Below are positions 1 to 13,009 of a stretch of DNA of 45,559 nt, piece after piece. Position 1 is the first letter of the stretch; each line of letters begins with the position of its first letter. The notes under the pieces are model-generated. The model searched no databases, was not told the origin of the DNA, and saw nothing but the letters and a program-made list of their open reading frames with translations. The DNA comes from Phoronis australis (Eukaryota; Animalia; Phoronida), in contig NMRA01000965.1 of assembly GCA_002633005.1 (NCBI GenBank), positions 1 to 45,559 of the forward strand, written 5' to 3'. Position numbers and translations under genes: made by a program.

Positions 1-499
1 TTAAGTGACTTAAAGTAAATAACTGTAACAAAAAACAAACAAATGAAAGCGCTCTAAGGACAGAAATTTTGAGAAATCTACTGGAAAACAAAGACAGCCA
101 GGCCACTGACGATAACAACAATGACACCAACAGCGATGCAGAAGACATTCCTGACAACAATGGCAACAACACCGAAATAGGCGCAAGAACTTGAACATCG
201 AGAGTGACATCGACGAATCCGACAAAACTGACAACAAAGCTGATGCACTGGCAACGATCAAGATGCTGCATGTATTTACGGGGTAAGTGAGAAAGTAGTG
301 AGCATCACTATTACTTACACCGCAGATACACTTACTACAAAGTTAGAAAAATTGTGAGGGAGCTTTTGCGTGTTGAAGTACAACCCCGCTCTCGTGGTTA
401 TCACGAATCCATTTTCAGGTGACCAACGTAATTTAGTGGTAGGAAAAAGAAATAAGTTATCTTAAGTTCCAGCAGTAAATTATTCCACAAAAGCAAACC

Positions 500-1450
500 T
501 GCAAATAATTGGTTTTTTAAACGATCGAGAGTAATTACGGAGAATTATACATTCTAATAATGGCTACGTTCGACAAACTGTTGATCCCATGAATAACTTT
601 ATGTAAATAAAAAATCAGTGATGTTTTCTCAACAGTTAAATCAAGAATCCCAAGACTGCAATTCTACTAAAACCAGTGATTCAAGAACAGCTTGGTATTG
701 AAGTCTTTCAAGTTTACAAGGTGGATTCAAATTTGCGTTGTAATAGATAGTACCTTCACATAAAAATGAGATAACTTAAAATAGTTGTAGATAATTTTTA
801 AATGGCAACTAAACTGGAAATATGATTAGAAAGTGTTGTGAATGGTTTGAACTGTTTTTGAATTTGCACACATGTATCAGCACAATGATGATATTCACAA
901 TGAGTTGAGGATCTAGTAGAACACTCAGGTGCTTAACTGACAGGAACGATAGCATCATTTAAGTACAGTCTAGATAGTGTGTCGATATTGTGTGAAGCTT
1001 TTAATGAGGCCCCTTTGTCTTTTGGATAAGGAAAGAAAATAGACGTATCGTCAGTATACAAAAATGATTCAGAATACAGACTGTCAGGTAGGTCATGATT
1101 AAATATTAGAAAAAGCAACGACCCCAGCACACTGTCTTTTGGAACACCAGCTTTAACATATGCAATTGGCGATTCATCACAAACAACACCATCACACTCA
1201 ATCTATAGGTTCTATTTAAAAGATATGACTGAATTAAGCCGTGCATAGTTCCACTAGTTCCGTACTTACAAAGAAGATCACGAGGAACCGACTCAAACGC
1301 AGAAGCCAAATCCAGTAAAAACAGTACGAACCTTGTTATTCTCACGAAACTAAGTGAACATCGTGCTAGTTTTGCATGGAACACAAAGTAAGTTAATCAA
1401 ACGGGAGTATAGCTTGGTAATGGGACGATAAGAGGTTACTACAGTCGTAA
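500..1450 (-). mobile_element. Decayed non-LTR retrotransposon (CR1/L2-type LINE) reverse transcriptase remnant, intronic
   Basis: Frameshifted minus-strand peptides carry RT motifs in the canonical order: SYRPIT (~1430), LDLASAFESVP (cf. DLSKAFDSVPH), IQSYLLNRT, GVPKDSVLGSLLFLIFNHDLP (cf. [21 protein letters not shown]), LYTDDT (cf. YADDT), VKHLSVLLD (cf. YLGVxxD). Boundaries approximate. Confidence 0.85.
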
Positions 1451-2221
1451 AGTCCTTTTCATGCACAGTAATCAATAATCCACATTTCGATCTCGTTGGA
1501 AGGACACCCAAATGAATTAGTTACTGGAATATTTAACATTAGTCGTACCTATCGTGCCCAAAATTGATTACGTTGTTCTAAGATGACAGGAGCTGTTGCT
1601 GACCACAAAAGAAATGTCAAATGTGTAGTCAGTTATCCTTCTGATTGTGAACGTTCGCAAAGAAGTTTTTTGCCATTGAGATTTTAATCTCAAAGGTTGG
1701 TTTGGATAACACTGGTCAAAACAAACGTATTTGTGATCATAGTGCTCGAAGACGGCTTCATCACTTCAAAATGAATTTTGATACCACCCAATTTATTAAA
1801 ACATTTCCCCAAACAACCCCTATCTCAATATTAATATTAAGCATATTCAAAAACCAAATATACTACCCTTTATTTGTTTAAACCTCAACATCATTTTTCC
1901 GAACACATGTAAACAACCAAGTTTAAGATCAACAACTTTTAAAACTTGGAATAAACCGTTCTAGGTGTACTAAAAGTAGACTAGTCACGAATTTTTTACT
2001 CTGGTACCTGCAATAGATGTGTAATACACATTTTCCTAGGCACCTGAAATTGGATTCCAAATTTGTGATTGGGTAATGTATTGTTTACATGTATACCATG
2101 TATATTTCCAAAGAAAAATTGATGGTAATCGAAATGAGGCGGTTCACTATGGGAAGGGTTGCACGACAATTTGACCAAGTTGTTAGTTATAGCACAAGTT
2201 ACAGCAGTTTTGAACACTTAC

Positions 2222-2322
2222 CTTGATGACTCCGTCGTTTTTGTCGTCGTTTAGGGCGTACCAATAATGATGAGCCAGGTTGAATTGCGGAACACGGATG
2301 CTTGTACCATCTGGTCGCACAT
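2222..2322 (-). CDS. Exon A3 of the tandem CTHRC1-C-domain gene (start of third domain)
   Basis: ttttggttttag|AT...AAG|gtaagt; 101 nt, phase 1>0; (Y)VRPDGTSIRVPQFNLAHHYWYALNDDKNDGVIK resembles the N-x-K-Q-C-x-W-x-x-L-N-x-x-x-D-x-G-x-I start of the CTHRC1 globular domain; in frame with exon C2. Confidence 0.8.
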
Positions 2323-2460
2323 CTAAAACCAAAACAACTTCATAAAATTCGAACGCTCGTGGTCCTCACATCCCTTTTAAACGAGCGTTCTCACTTATCC
2401 TTCATTAATTCCTGTTGCCGAAGGAGCAATTACAAGTGTAGAAGGCAATATTTGACTTAC

Positions 2461-2619
2461 ATGCACTGATCTTTGAATTCAGCCTAACTTCCTCCACTAT
2501 AATTCGACTGTAACTGTTCCAGCCTTGGTAAGGACTATAGTTGCTGTATCCACTGCACGTTTGGTGCCACAGCTGGATTTTCACGTTTCCAGCCGCTATG
2601 CCGTAACAGATTCCACCAA
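2461..2619 (-). CDS. Exon C2 of the tandem CTHRC1-C-domain gene (end of second domain)
   Basis: tatttcag|TT...GCAT|gtaagt; 159 nt, phase 1>1; GGICYGIAAGNVKIQLWHQTCSGYSNYSPYQGWNSYSRIIVEEV closely matches the CTHRC1 C-terminus pattern [21 protein letters not shown]...GWNSVSRIIIEE. Confidence 0.9.
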
Positions 2620-3930
2620 CTGAAATACGATTTAACCGGTCAGAATTGCTGGTTTGTGATGACGTCATGTAGTTATAGTATCCTGGGGTGACTTACATGT
2701 AACCAAAGTTCCCAGTGTTTAATGACGTCTTTAAGTCTTAAGGACGTCCGTGAACATTAACGGCCGTGACATGAAACATTCCAGTTTTTACTTCAAATGA
2801 GAGCTCAGATGATGGGCACACAAGGAAAGTCCTTAAATTGTCTCTCTAACAATAAATCATGCACTAAGGCGAAATCCAATAGAATTATACTGTCGGCATT
2901 GCTTAAGACTTCACAACCAATAACCAATTGACATTAAAATACTCGTTGTGTAACGCTCATTGACAATAAAACCAGGCAGAAGTACATGTACTACAGCTGG
3001 TTGAGAACTTCGTTAGGTGCCAAAATTCTATCCGGTCATTGGGAACCTTTTAAAGGAATTTGTCTGGTGATTTTTTGAATTAAAGCCGTTGTAAGTCCCT
3101 CTTCGCTCACTCCACCAAGTTTTTGATTTACACCACTTAGCTCAAATAATTGATCTTACAGAGGCATGGAACGCCAAAGCTCGTCAAAAATATCTTTTAA
3201 ACAATTCCTGACAAAAGTACTATCTCGCAACTTCTAGTACAAACGAATTCACTTTTCCCTGTGAGGAAATTTCCATAAAAATCACACATGTTTTTTGAAT
3301 ACGCGCCAGGGAAAAACTCTGTGGTTACCACACTATTTATTAACCTCCCTCCCACTTATGACTGACAAATGTGCACATGAGCTCACATTCAGTTGCTTGA
3401 AGTCGCTTACGGCCAAAGGTCACATTTTCCATATAAGCGAAATGTTCTACGTCTATGTCTTGCAATACCAAATGGAAATGTGTTTTGCTTTGTGGGAAGA
3501 AAGTCGCTGAACTGAGGAGCAGTTGACAGTTCGTGTCTTGAAATTTGAAACTTAAAGAAAATACTTTGATATCAACAGAAAGTAAAAATCTTTAGGAGCA
3601 AACTCTAAAAATACCCGTGAACATGTTGAATTATGTTGCAGTAGTAGCAGAGAACCACTTTAAATATTGTAATTTAGACTGTTTATCGAGTTCCAGGCCC
3701 CTTCAAAATTTCCTTTAGTTAAATTGGAGATGTTTTTAGGGCTTCGAAAGGACTAAGAGATTCTTATGCTATAGCCCACACCTTTTTCAGTGCTGCGCCG
3801 CCTGTGGGTAAAAGGAAATTTCTAACGTAGACTGAACAGAAATTGTTAAAGCATGTTAGCCCGGCCATTTTATGATTAGGCAGGTAAAAGGAGAAACGCC
3901 TCGTGTTATGTTTTACACTGAAATTCTTAC

Positions 3931-4144
3931 TAGGAGCGTCTCTTAGTTGGTTTCCTTTATCGTCTGAGTAGCCAAGTTGTCCTAAGACTGCATCTACTTT
4001 CCCGGGATTTGAACACTCCACGTCGTTGAATTTGAAATAGTATCTCCCACATCTATGTGTTCCTGAAGTAGGATGCTCGCGTAGCTGACCGCGCCAAACC
4101 ACACGGATTCCAGTAGATGAAATTCGTTTTGGAAATGTTATTAC
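3931..4144 (-). CDS. Exon B2 of the tandem CTHRC1-C-domain gene (core of second domain)
   Basis: tttatttag|GTA...CCTA|gtaaga; 214 nt, phase 0>1; VITFPKRISSTGIRVVWRGQLREHPTSGTHRCGRYYFKFNDVECSNPGKVDAVL matches CTHRC1 TFTKxxSxSALRVxFSGSLR...CxRWYFTFNGAECSxPxPIEA. Confidence 0.9.
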
Positions 4145-5399
4145 CTAAATAAATGTATAAAATATATATAAGAAAACAATCTACCATTCCTGCGTTGCTT
4201 ATCTTTCTGTTGGTAATAAGCTATTGTTTCCATTCGCTAGTAAAAAGCCTACTTGCAATTAGATGACGCTACTTACATTTAGTTACAAGAGCAAAAGTGG
4301 GCGTTGATTTGCGCCGTGTGCATTTCACACAACATAGAATCACGATGTTCGTTGCAAGTAAAATTAGAGTAACTTCCAGAGTATGTAGAGCGGGAATCTA
4401 CTCATTAATCAAAACATATTCCACGACTGTTGACCTAGAAGTTTTGTAGATAGCAGGGTAAACGTCGAAGACTTGGAATTGTCACTGGGACAAGACACGC
4501 GCAGCACTAGTAATATTTTACCGAAAATTATGGGATGTCATAAAAACCACCGTGTTCAATATCATGAATATTACTCAAATGAGAAAGCTAAGTTCTGTAT
4601 AACTAAAATTGCATATGCATAATTGACAAAAATGCTGTCGGTAAAACCCTGCCAGGCACTTCTTACCAGAATTATTTGGCAGCTCAGCCGAACTTTTGTC
4701 GTCATAAAATAGTGTTTCGCCAGAATTTAATGTTACGCTATTGTGCCAACTGGCAAACTGTTTATTAATCACGACTGCAGTCGCGTAGTAGGTTGTCGAG
4801 GCGGCAACGTGCGTGGAGCAACATCTGTCGAGATTAAGTCGAAACTTAGTCCAGTCGATGTTTAGTCGTCGTTTAGTGCGCGAAAACTATGTTTCGGAGC
4901 CAACTGTACATTACCTTTTTATGGCAATATTAAAATCAAAATGTTAAAAATTGAACACATGTAGTTTTCAACATTTTCAACAAATAAATAGATTGAAAAT
5001 TGTCACAAATGGAAACAATATTAGGCATGCAAATATTGCTGGAGGTGTCATGTTTTGTCACTGTCTTCTCATTCTTTCTCTATTTATCATCCAGGGAGTC
5101 GCTCAACAACAATTCGTGCATAACTAAAACGATCATTAAGAGGTGTTAGGGTAATAGAATTTCTCCAAAAATCCACTGGTGCCGCACGCTCGTTATATGC
5201 AGCTGTTAAGTATTAACAATAACCATTTCTCTACATATCTTTCGGAAACACGTTTGGCAAATGAACACTGAAATAAGCTAAGATAGTCAAATATGTTTGG
5301 AAATCGTCATATACCTGAGTTCAGCTTTATTAAATCTCTTACCATAATCAACGGACATTTTGAAAAACTGGTCAGTGGTGGTCAATAGGGTGTGCTGTA

Positions 5400-6110
5400 G
5401 TCAAATCTGTCGGCAATTGACTGTTCCAGGTACATCCACGTCAATTGACAATTCCAGATACACCCCAAGTGTAAAGTTTCACGATGATCTGGTAATCGGT
5501 TTTCTAGATATCACACGGAATCGCTGATGGTAAAGACTAAATTCTGAAAACTACGAGATTCTAAGGTACTCGAACACACCAGAAAAACAACTAGTGCTTG
5601 TGCAATTTTCACGCATGTTCATCAATAGCTCATATAGAAACCATCCAGAAACACTTTTGACATAAGTATCCAGTCGGAATTTAGAACGAACTACATGGGA
5701 TGTCTGGATGAACATATCCATTCAAAAATCAACAGGTGTCGACGCATTCTTTTCATATAATTCTGTGTCAAGTTCCAGAACATCTGAGAATCGTTTTTGC
5801 AGATATCACCCGGAAACGATTTTGGCAAAAAATCTTTCGGCCATTAGGAGATGCTGAAGTATTTGAACTCGTAATCGACCAGTGACAGTGCACTCCTGCT
5901 ATATAGTGGTGTGAAGTTTGTTTAGACATGTTCAGTCATGTTGACAATAAGGGGCAGACAGTGGAACATTGCGTTGAAAATGAAAAGGTCATCAAAAGCC
6001 GCCAAATCACCGGAAAGTCGAAGTGTGCCGGCGAGTTTCCCGCCCATACGGTTGTGTCGGATTTCATAAACAATCTTCAATCGCTTCTCTAGATATCATC
6101 TGTTGACATG
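5400..6110. repeat. Decayed internal tandem repeats (~295-300 bp period), probably of a non-autonomous element; also present in the duplicate copy (+3383)
   Basis: Motif aatcg(g/t/c)tt..(t/c)agatatca recurs near 5495, 5790 and 6080. Confidence 0.4.
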
Positions 6111-6167
6111 TTTGACCTGGAATACCTTGTTTAAAATAAAAACGACCACTAGGAAGTGTTGGGATAG

Positions 6168-6423
6168 CATGCGCACACCCAGGGAGGGGGGAGGGGTCGT
6201 ATGACCCCCCCACCCGTTAAGCGAACTGGGCAAAAAGGTCCGCCTAAGAGAAACAAAAAGTCCCAGAAAACGAGACAAACTCCACCACCAAAAAGGCGCA
6301 GACGCACAGTTCACAGTTCTGAAGGTGGTACCCCGTTTTCTTAAACCTGCCGCCTTTTTGTCAACAAAAGGTCCACATCGTCAGAAATTCGAGCCCCCAA
6401 ATTAAAGGCTGGGTGCGCTCGTG
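6168..6423. mobile_element. MITE with CATGCGCAC..CCC / GGGTGCG..(C/A)TG-type termini and 5-bp TSD
   Basis: Imperfect terminal inverted repeats; GATAG directly flanks both ends (6163-6167, 6424-6428); internal aaaaagtcc...aaacgagacaaa is shared with copies at 37699 and 38359. Confidence 0.7.
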
Positions 6424-6715
6424 GATAGTCAACTCATGCCTACAATCTGCCCGTGACAGTGCACTTCTGCCACATACACCTGTCGTAAAGAGGTCGTCAC
6501 ACAGTCTGTCAGGGGCTAAATGTCGCAAACGTTGTTCCAATAACATTATGAAAACGTACAACGTGATAAAACAACACTTTACATGATAAAACGAAACTAT
6601 AGTTTGCTGGAACATATTTGCACGATACTTCAGCCACCGTCTGAAACTCCTTTAATTTGAGTTAACGTCACGCTTCACTTGAGAGCCACCTAACTACACT
6701 GTACGTAATACTTAC

Positions 6716-6810
6716 TGCAAATCCAACCCCTGCATTATTAACGGATGCTGCTGTTCGCCAGAACGCCTGTTTGACGTTAAAGGATGTCAAGGCCGAACAC
6801 GTGGTCTTTT
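6716..6810 (-). CDS. Duplicate copy of exon A2 (inside the N-joined duplication)
   Basis: Same sequence as 10099-10193 at offset 3383. Confidence 0.5.
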
Positions 6811-7313
6811 CTATTAAAAAAAAGNTGTTCTACGTCTATGTCTTGCAATACCAAATGGAAATGTGTTTTGCTTTGTGGGAAGAAAGTCGCTGAACTGAGG
6901 AGCAGTTGACAGTTCGTGTCTTGAAATTTGAAACTTAAAGAAAATACTTTGATATCAACAGAAAGTAAAAATCTTTAGGAGCAAACTCTAAAAATACCCG
7001 TGAACATGTTGAATTATGTTGCAGTAGTAGCAGAGAACCACTTTAAATATTGTAATTTAGACTGTTTATCGAGTTCCAGGCCCCTTCAAAATTTCCTTTA
7101 GTTAAATTGGAGATGTTTTTAGGGCTTCGAAAGGACTAAGAGATTCTTATGCTATAGCCCACACCTTTTTCAGTGCTGCGCCGCCTGTGGGTAAAAGGAA
7201 ATTTCTAACGTAGACTGAACAGAAATTGTTAAAGCATGTTAGCCCGGCCATTTTATGATTAGGCAGGTAAAAGGAGAAACGCCTCGTGTTATGTTTTACA
7301 CTGAAATTCTTAC

Positions 7314-7527
7314 TAGGAGCGTCTCTTAGTTGGTTTCCTTTATCGTCTGAGTAGCCAAGTTGTCCTAAGACTGCATCTACTTTCCCGGGATTTGAACACT
7401 CCACGTCGTTGAATTTGAAATAGTATCTCCCACATCTATGTGTTCCTGAAGTAGGATGCTCGCGTAGCTGACCGCGCCAAACCACACGGATTCCAGTAGA
7501 TGAAATTCGTTTTGGAAATGTTATTAC
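7314..7527 (-). CDS. Duplicate copy of exon B2 (inside the N-joined duplication)
   Basis: Same sequence as 3931-4144 at offset 3383. Confidence 0.5.
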
Positions 7528-9550
7528 CTAAATAAATGTATAAAATATATATAAGAAAACAATCTACCATTCCTGCGTTGCTTATCTTTCTGTTGGTAAT
7601 AAGCTATTGTTTCCATTCGCTAGTAAAAAGCCTACTTGCAATTAGATGACGCTACTTACATTTAGTTACAAGAGCAAAAGTGGGCGTTGATTTGCGCCGT
7701 GTGCATTTCACACAACATAGAATCACGATGTTCGTTGCAAGTAAAATTAGAGTAACTTCCAGAGTATGTAGAGCGGGAATCTACTCATTAATCAAAACAT
7801 ATTCCACGACTGTTGACCTAGAAGTTTTGTAGATAGCAGGGTAAACGTCGAAGACTTGGAATTGTCACTGGGACAAGACACGCGCAGCACTAGTAATATT
7901 TTACCGAAAATTATGGGATGTCATAAAAACCACCGTGTTCAATATCATGAATATTACTCAAATGAGAAAGCTAAGTTCTGTATAACTAAAATTGCATATG
8001 CATAATTGACAAAAATGCTGTCGGTAAAACCCTGCCAGGCACTTCTTACCAGAATTATTTGGCAGCTCAGCCGAACTTTTGTCGTCATAAAATAGTGTTT
8101 CGCCAGAATTTAATGTTACGCTATTGTGCCAACTGGCAAACTGTTTATTAATCACGACTGCAGTCGCGTAGTAGGTTGTCGAGGCGGCAACGTGCGTGGA
8201 GCAACATCTGTCGAGATTAAGTCGAAACTTAGTCCAGTCGATGTTTAGTCGTCGTTTAGTGCGCGAAAACTATGTTTCGGAGCCAACTGTACATTACCTT
8301 TTTATGGCAATATTAAAATCAAAATGTTAAAAATTGAACACATGTAGTTTTCAACATTTTCAACAAATAAATAGATTGAAAATTGTCACAAATGGAAACA
8401 ATATTAGGCATGCAAATATTGCTGGAGGTGTCATGTTTTGTCACTGTCTTCTCATTCTTTCTCTATTTATCATCCAGGGAGTCGCTCAACAACAATTCGT
8501 GCATAACTAAAACGATCATTAAGAGGTGTTAGGGTAATAGAATTTCTCCAAAAATCCACTGGTGCCGCACGCTCGTTATATGCAGCTGTTAAGTATTAAC
8601 AATAACCATTTCTCTACATATCTTTCGGAAACACGTTTGGCAAATGAACACTGAAATAAGCTAAGATAGTCAAATATGTTTGGAAATCGTCATATACCTG
8701 AGTTCAGCTTTATTAAATCTCTTACCATAATCAACGGACATTTTGAAAAACTGGTCAGTGGTGGTCAATAGGGTGTGCTGTAGTCAAATCTGTCGGCAAT
8801 TGACTGTTCCAGGTACATCCACGTCAATTGACAATTCCAGATACACCCCAAGTGTAAAGTTTCACGATGATCTGGTAATCGGTTTTCTAGATATCACACG
8901 GAATCGCTGATGGTAAAGACTAAATTCTGAAAACTACGAGATTCTAAGGTACTCGAACACACCAGAAAAACAACTAGTGCTTGTGCAATTTTCACGCATG
9001 TTCATCAATAGCTCATATAGAAACCATCCAGAAACACTTTTGACATAAGTATCCAGTCGGAATTTAGAACGAACTACATGGGATGTCTGGATGAACATAT
9101 CCATTCAAAAATCAACAGGTGTCGACGCATTCTTTTCATATAATTCTGTGTCAAGTTCCAGAACATCTGAGAATCGTTTTTGCAGATATCACCCGGAAAC
9201 GATTTTGGCAAAAAATCTTTCGGCCATTAGGAGATGCTGAAGTATTTGAACTCGTAATCGACCAGTGACAGTGCACTCCTGCTATATAGTGGTGTGAAGT
9301 TTGTTTAGACATGTTCAGTCATGTTGACAATAAGGGGCAGACAGTGGAACATTGCGTTGAAAATGAAAAGGTCATCAAAAGCCGCCAAATCACCGGAAAG
9401 TCGAAGTGTGCCGGCGAGTTTCCCGCCCATACGGTTGTGTCGGATTTCATAAACAATCTTCAATCGCTTCTCTAGATATCATCTGTTGACATGTTTGACC
9501 TGGAATACCTTGTTTAAAATAAAAACGACCACTAGGAAGTGTTGGGATAG

Positions 9551-9806
9551 CATGCGCACACCCAGGGAGGGGGGAGGGGTCGTATGACCCCCCCACCCGT
9601 TAAGCGAACTGGGCAAAAAGGTCCGCCTAAGAGAAACAAAAAGTCCCAGAAAACGAGACAAACTCCACCACCAAAAAGGCGCAGACGCACAGTTCACAGT
9701 TCTGAAGGTGGTACCCCGTTTTCTTAAACCTGCCGCCTTTTTGTCAACAAAAGGTCCACATCGTCAGAAATTCGAGCCCCCAAATTAAAGGCTGGGTGCG
9801 CTCGTG
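9551..9806. mobile_element. Duplicate of the MITE at 6168-6423
   Basis: Same sequence at offset 3383. Confidence 0.6.
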
Positions 9807-10098
9807 GATAGTCAACTCATGCCTACAATCTGCCCGTGACAGTGCACTTCTGCCACATACACCTGTCGTAAAGAGGTCGTCACACAGTCTGTCAGGGGCT
9901 AAATGTCGCAAACGTTGTTCCAATAACATTATGAAAACGTACAACGTGATAAAACAACACTTTACATGATAAAACGAAACTATAGTTTGCTGGAACATAT
10001 TTGCACGATACTTCAGCCACCGTCTGAAACTCCTTTAATTTGAGTTAACGTCACGCTTCACTTGAGAGCCACCTAACTACACTGTACGTAATACTTAC

Positions 10099-10193
10099 TG
10101 CAAATCCAACCCCTGCATTATTAACGGATGCTGCTGTTCGCCAGAACGCCTGTTTGACGTTAAAGGATGTCAAGGCCGAACACGTGGTCTTTT
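10099..10193 (-). CDS. Exon A2 of the tandem CTHRC1-C-domain gene (start of second domain)
   Basis: ttttttttaatag|AA...GCA|gtaagt; 95 nt, phase 1>0; (E)KTTCSALTSFNVKQAFWRTAASVNNAGVGFA has the N-x-K-Q-x-x-W motif; bridges exon C1 (ends phase 1) and B2 (starts phase 0) in frame. Confidence 0.8.
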
Positions 10194-11150
10194 CTATTAA
10201 AAAAAAGACTTTTTTTTTAATAACAAGCAGTTGCGGATTGAGGGGTCCCGGCACCTCTAGACCAACAACAACAATGTTAAAAACGTCATTTATTACGTTG
10301 CGACAAATAGTTAGAGGATACTTTTGAGTGCGTGTATTAGGGTGGGGAAGGGGTGGAGGTTTGCATAACTTAGAAGGGACTACTGTTTTCGCATATATTC
10401 AAATGAGATTTAAAAACTGTTCAAGATGTTAGGGATCTAACTTTTGAAACATAAACTTGAAGTCTTAACCTGTAAAATGACACCAGCTCCATCCCCGAAC
10501 ACAGAAATGGGACATGTTTTACCCGTATAAAGACATCTGTTCCCAAGAAAAATCCTGGGCATACATGAATTGAGACCTAAAATTAATGTTCTCCGAAGTT
10601 GATCATTTCAACACGCCCATACCGGTCTTATCGGAAAGTGGTATTTTATAAATAAATTGCAACTTTTGAATACATTTCGGGCACACCAGAGTTACCAGAG
10701 TAGTGTCCTAATAATATTACCTTTCAAAATATACAAGATGGCGCTGATTTTGGAAACTCTGGGTAACTTTTCGATAGGCAAATGGAACTACATTTGGTTA
10801 CAGCGACATCTACATCTCAGCGACAAACCCAGGTTGAATTCAATAGTACTTCTGCAATTACTTTCGTAAAAACAACAAAAATCGTTTAACCAGTTGACGC
10901 TTCATGGAATACATTGTATACTGCGTTCATATGAATGTCGAAAACAGCAGTTTTACTGGCTGAAACGCTAGCGAAAATTCCAGAGACGAGCTCTCTCCGC
11001 ATTGGGGCGATTTTCCCACCACTCGAGTCGCTTCTAAGTGACAATTGATGTTAATACACGTTCATTATACCACAATGTTAGCCTCGAATGGCAGATACAA
11101 CCGTGTAATAACCCATAAATATATCTAACTAGTGAGATAACATTTTGGCC

Positions 11151-11223
11151 GGTACCCGAAGGCGTTTTCGAAACCGGACCTCAAGAGTTTAGAGTCGCCG
11201 ACTTTACCACTACACCACTCAGC
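11151..11223 (-). mobile_element. tRNA-derived SINE head or tRNA pseudogene
   Basis: Minus strand reads GCTGAGTGGTGTAGTGGTAAAGTCGGCGACT...GGTTTCGAAAACG: A-box-like TGGTGTAGTGG and B-box-like GTTTCGAAAAC at tRNA-like spacing, but no proper acceptor stem. Confidence 0.55.
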
Positions 11224-11259
11224 GACTGACGTCATAGAACGTGAAAATAGAATACTTAA

Positions 11260-13009
11260 AGTCCTGCTCTCAAACTGCCATGTGGTTCCAATATCCGAAA
11301 ATACTTACTAAATAAATTCTTATTTTCGACACCCTTTCTTTACATTCTTTTCGCCTTTCTTGCCAAAAGCGATTTTTTAACAGTATTTGACCCTTCTCTG
11401 TGAGCGTATAATTACCGGCTGTCATCGGTTATTTCCGTACCCACATTTCCGGCTCATCAGTTTAGGAACTTGTCCTGAACGCCGCCATTTTTTCCTTGTA
11501 ACTGAATGTGCTATGGCTTGCTCGAAAAGTCTTCATTATTTTGTTTAATTAGTAATATTTCGTGATTCGTTTGCATTGGTAGTGTATTTATAGTTTGTAG
11601 TTAGTGGGCGTTGATTTTCTTTGAATGTTACGCGTACTTCGTATGTTAAAATGCATTGGTGTTTAGTTCCTTACGTACATGTAGGCCCGTCGAACCTACA
11701 GCGTAGGAACCAATATGGGTCGAACCAATTTTTTCGGTTTTATTTTTTTTTCTCGTTTTGAAAAAGTAATTTGCTATCATCGGAAAGGTAGTACATTTTA
11801 CTCAGTAAAAATCGAAAAAGTATCAAAATCGGGGCAAGCAGTGTAAAGTTATTGCAAGTTTTGTGGCGAAATTTGGGTCACTTTGTTTGGATCGTGTCGG
11901 CTATATTGGAGGACAGCGGGATAAGTTACGAGTTTAAAAACTTTGTGTAAATTGATGTTGCCAACAAATTACGGTGAAATTTAGTTAGACATATCTTATT
12001 ACTATTCTGTACGATTTAACAGTGTTCACCAAACTTCAGCCTCGAAGTTGTTACTCATTAAAGGCGAAGGCAACCTTTTTCATGTCATTTTTAGCAAAAA
12101 TAAGGTTCATTGATTATCCCAGACATATTTTTCACTTATTCAATGCTTTCCGTAATTTAATTCATTACTTAGTAAAAGATAGACATTCCCAAAAATTCCA
12201 GCCCCCCATTCTTTTAGGCTTGGTGCGCTCATACAAAGTCTGGGAAAATCTCTATTGAAAGCCAACAACTTTGCACACTTCACCAGAAGTACCCAAGATC
12301 TAAATAAACCTCGTTTGAGCGAGCGCTGTGGCCAGCGACAGGTTAGGTTAAGGGTAGCGTTGGCGCAAAGCTGTATAGGCCTACTAGCAAGCTGTATTTT
12401 GACGATAGTCTTCACTGGTAGCTGGCACTGAGGCTAACTAAGGTCTGCCGCGGTAGTGTGACACAGGACTAACCAGCCCGTAGTTTCATGCAAGTGTCTG
12501 AAACTACCCTTGAATATGTGCAGCATTTATGATTTGACCATTTTACTTTGACAAAACAGCTTGCAACCACATGCATTTACCGTTCGCCAGTGTCTGGTCT
12601 CGATCCGCATCGGGTCCGATAGGCTGCGGTCCCGAGTCTGGCAAAATAATTTCTGTCAAAATTTATTCGCCACATTTCTTCAGCAAATGCGATAAAATTG
12701 TCCGTATTTTGATTTTATTAAAACTAAGGCGCGTTGTCGATTATGTTATGCCCTTTTGCTGGCTGGTAACAGTACAGGCACTGCTCCAGTCGCACTGACG
12801 GCGTTTGCTCGGCCTGGGTTCCTGAATGAATTGTACTTCCGGCAAGTTCAAAATGGCGGTGTTTCTTCGGGTGCGAATCGTGAGTGGCTTGTTCATTTAA
12901 ACTTTTTTCAAGTACTGATCATGTATTAGTTATGGGGTAGGTACTTCTTGGATCCTTATAACATCCTATAACCATGCAATAAGGGTTAACAACGTGTGAT
13001 AGCAGGACT
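11260..13009. mobile_element. Non-autonomous DNA transposon, Kolobok-like (TTAA TSD, AG...CT termini), 1750 bp
   Basis: Left TTAA|AGTCCTGCTCTCAAAC; right GTGTGATAGCAGGACT|TTAA (reverse complement AGTCCTGCTATCACAC, 14/16 match); no transposase ORF seen. Confidence 0.8.

Larger units (their letters stand above)
3443..10207. repeat. Apparently exact tandem duplication of 3382 bp (3443-6824 and 6826-10207) joined by a single N at 6825
   Basis: Offset 3383; four ORF translations are identical in both copies; no differences were noticed by eye; the junction is an N. Confidence 0.95.

Noticed and set aside
10-261. Cys-rich 83-aa ORF resembling a metallothionein or toxin
   Set aside because: It derives from CAA/ACA-rich low-complexity sequence read on the opposite strand; there is no ATG start or domain pattern.
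1996-2217. Candidate for the missing exon B3
   Set aside because: No F-x-K...YFxFN...C motif was found in 1-2220; B3 probably lies beyond the window's left edge.
4575-4772. ORF with a GTAAGA donor as a candidate extra exon
   Set aside because: Weak acceptor, no similarity to the A/B/C exons, and its phase does not fit between A2 and B2.
11151-11223. Functional tRNA gene
   Set aside because: A/B-box-like motifs are present, but the acceptor and T stems do not pair properly; called a SINE head or pseudogene instead.
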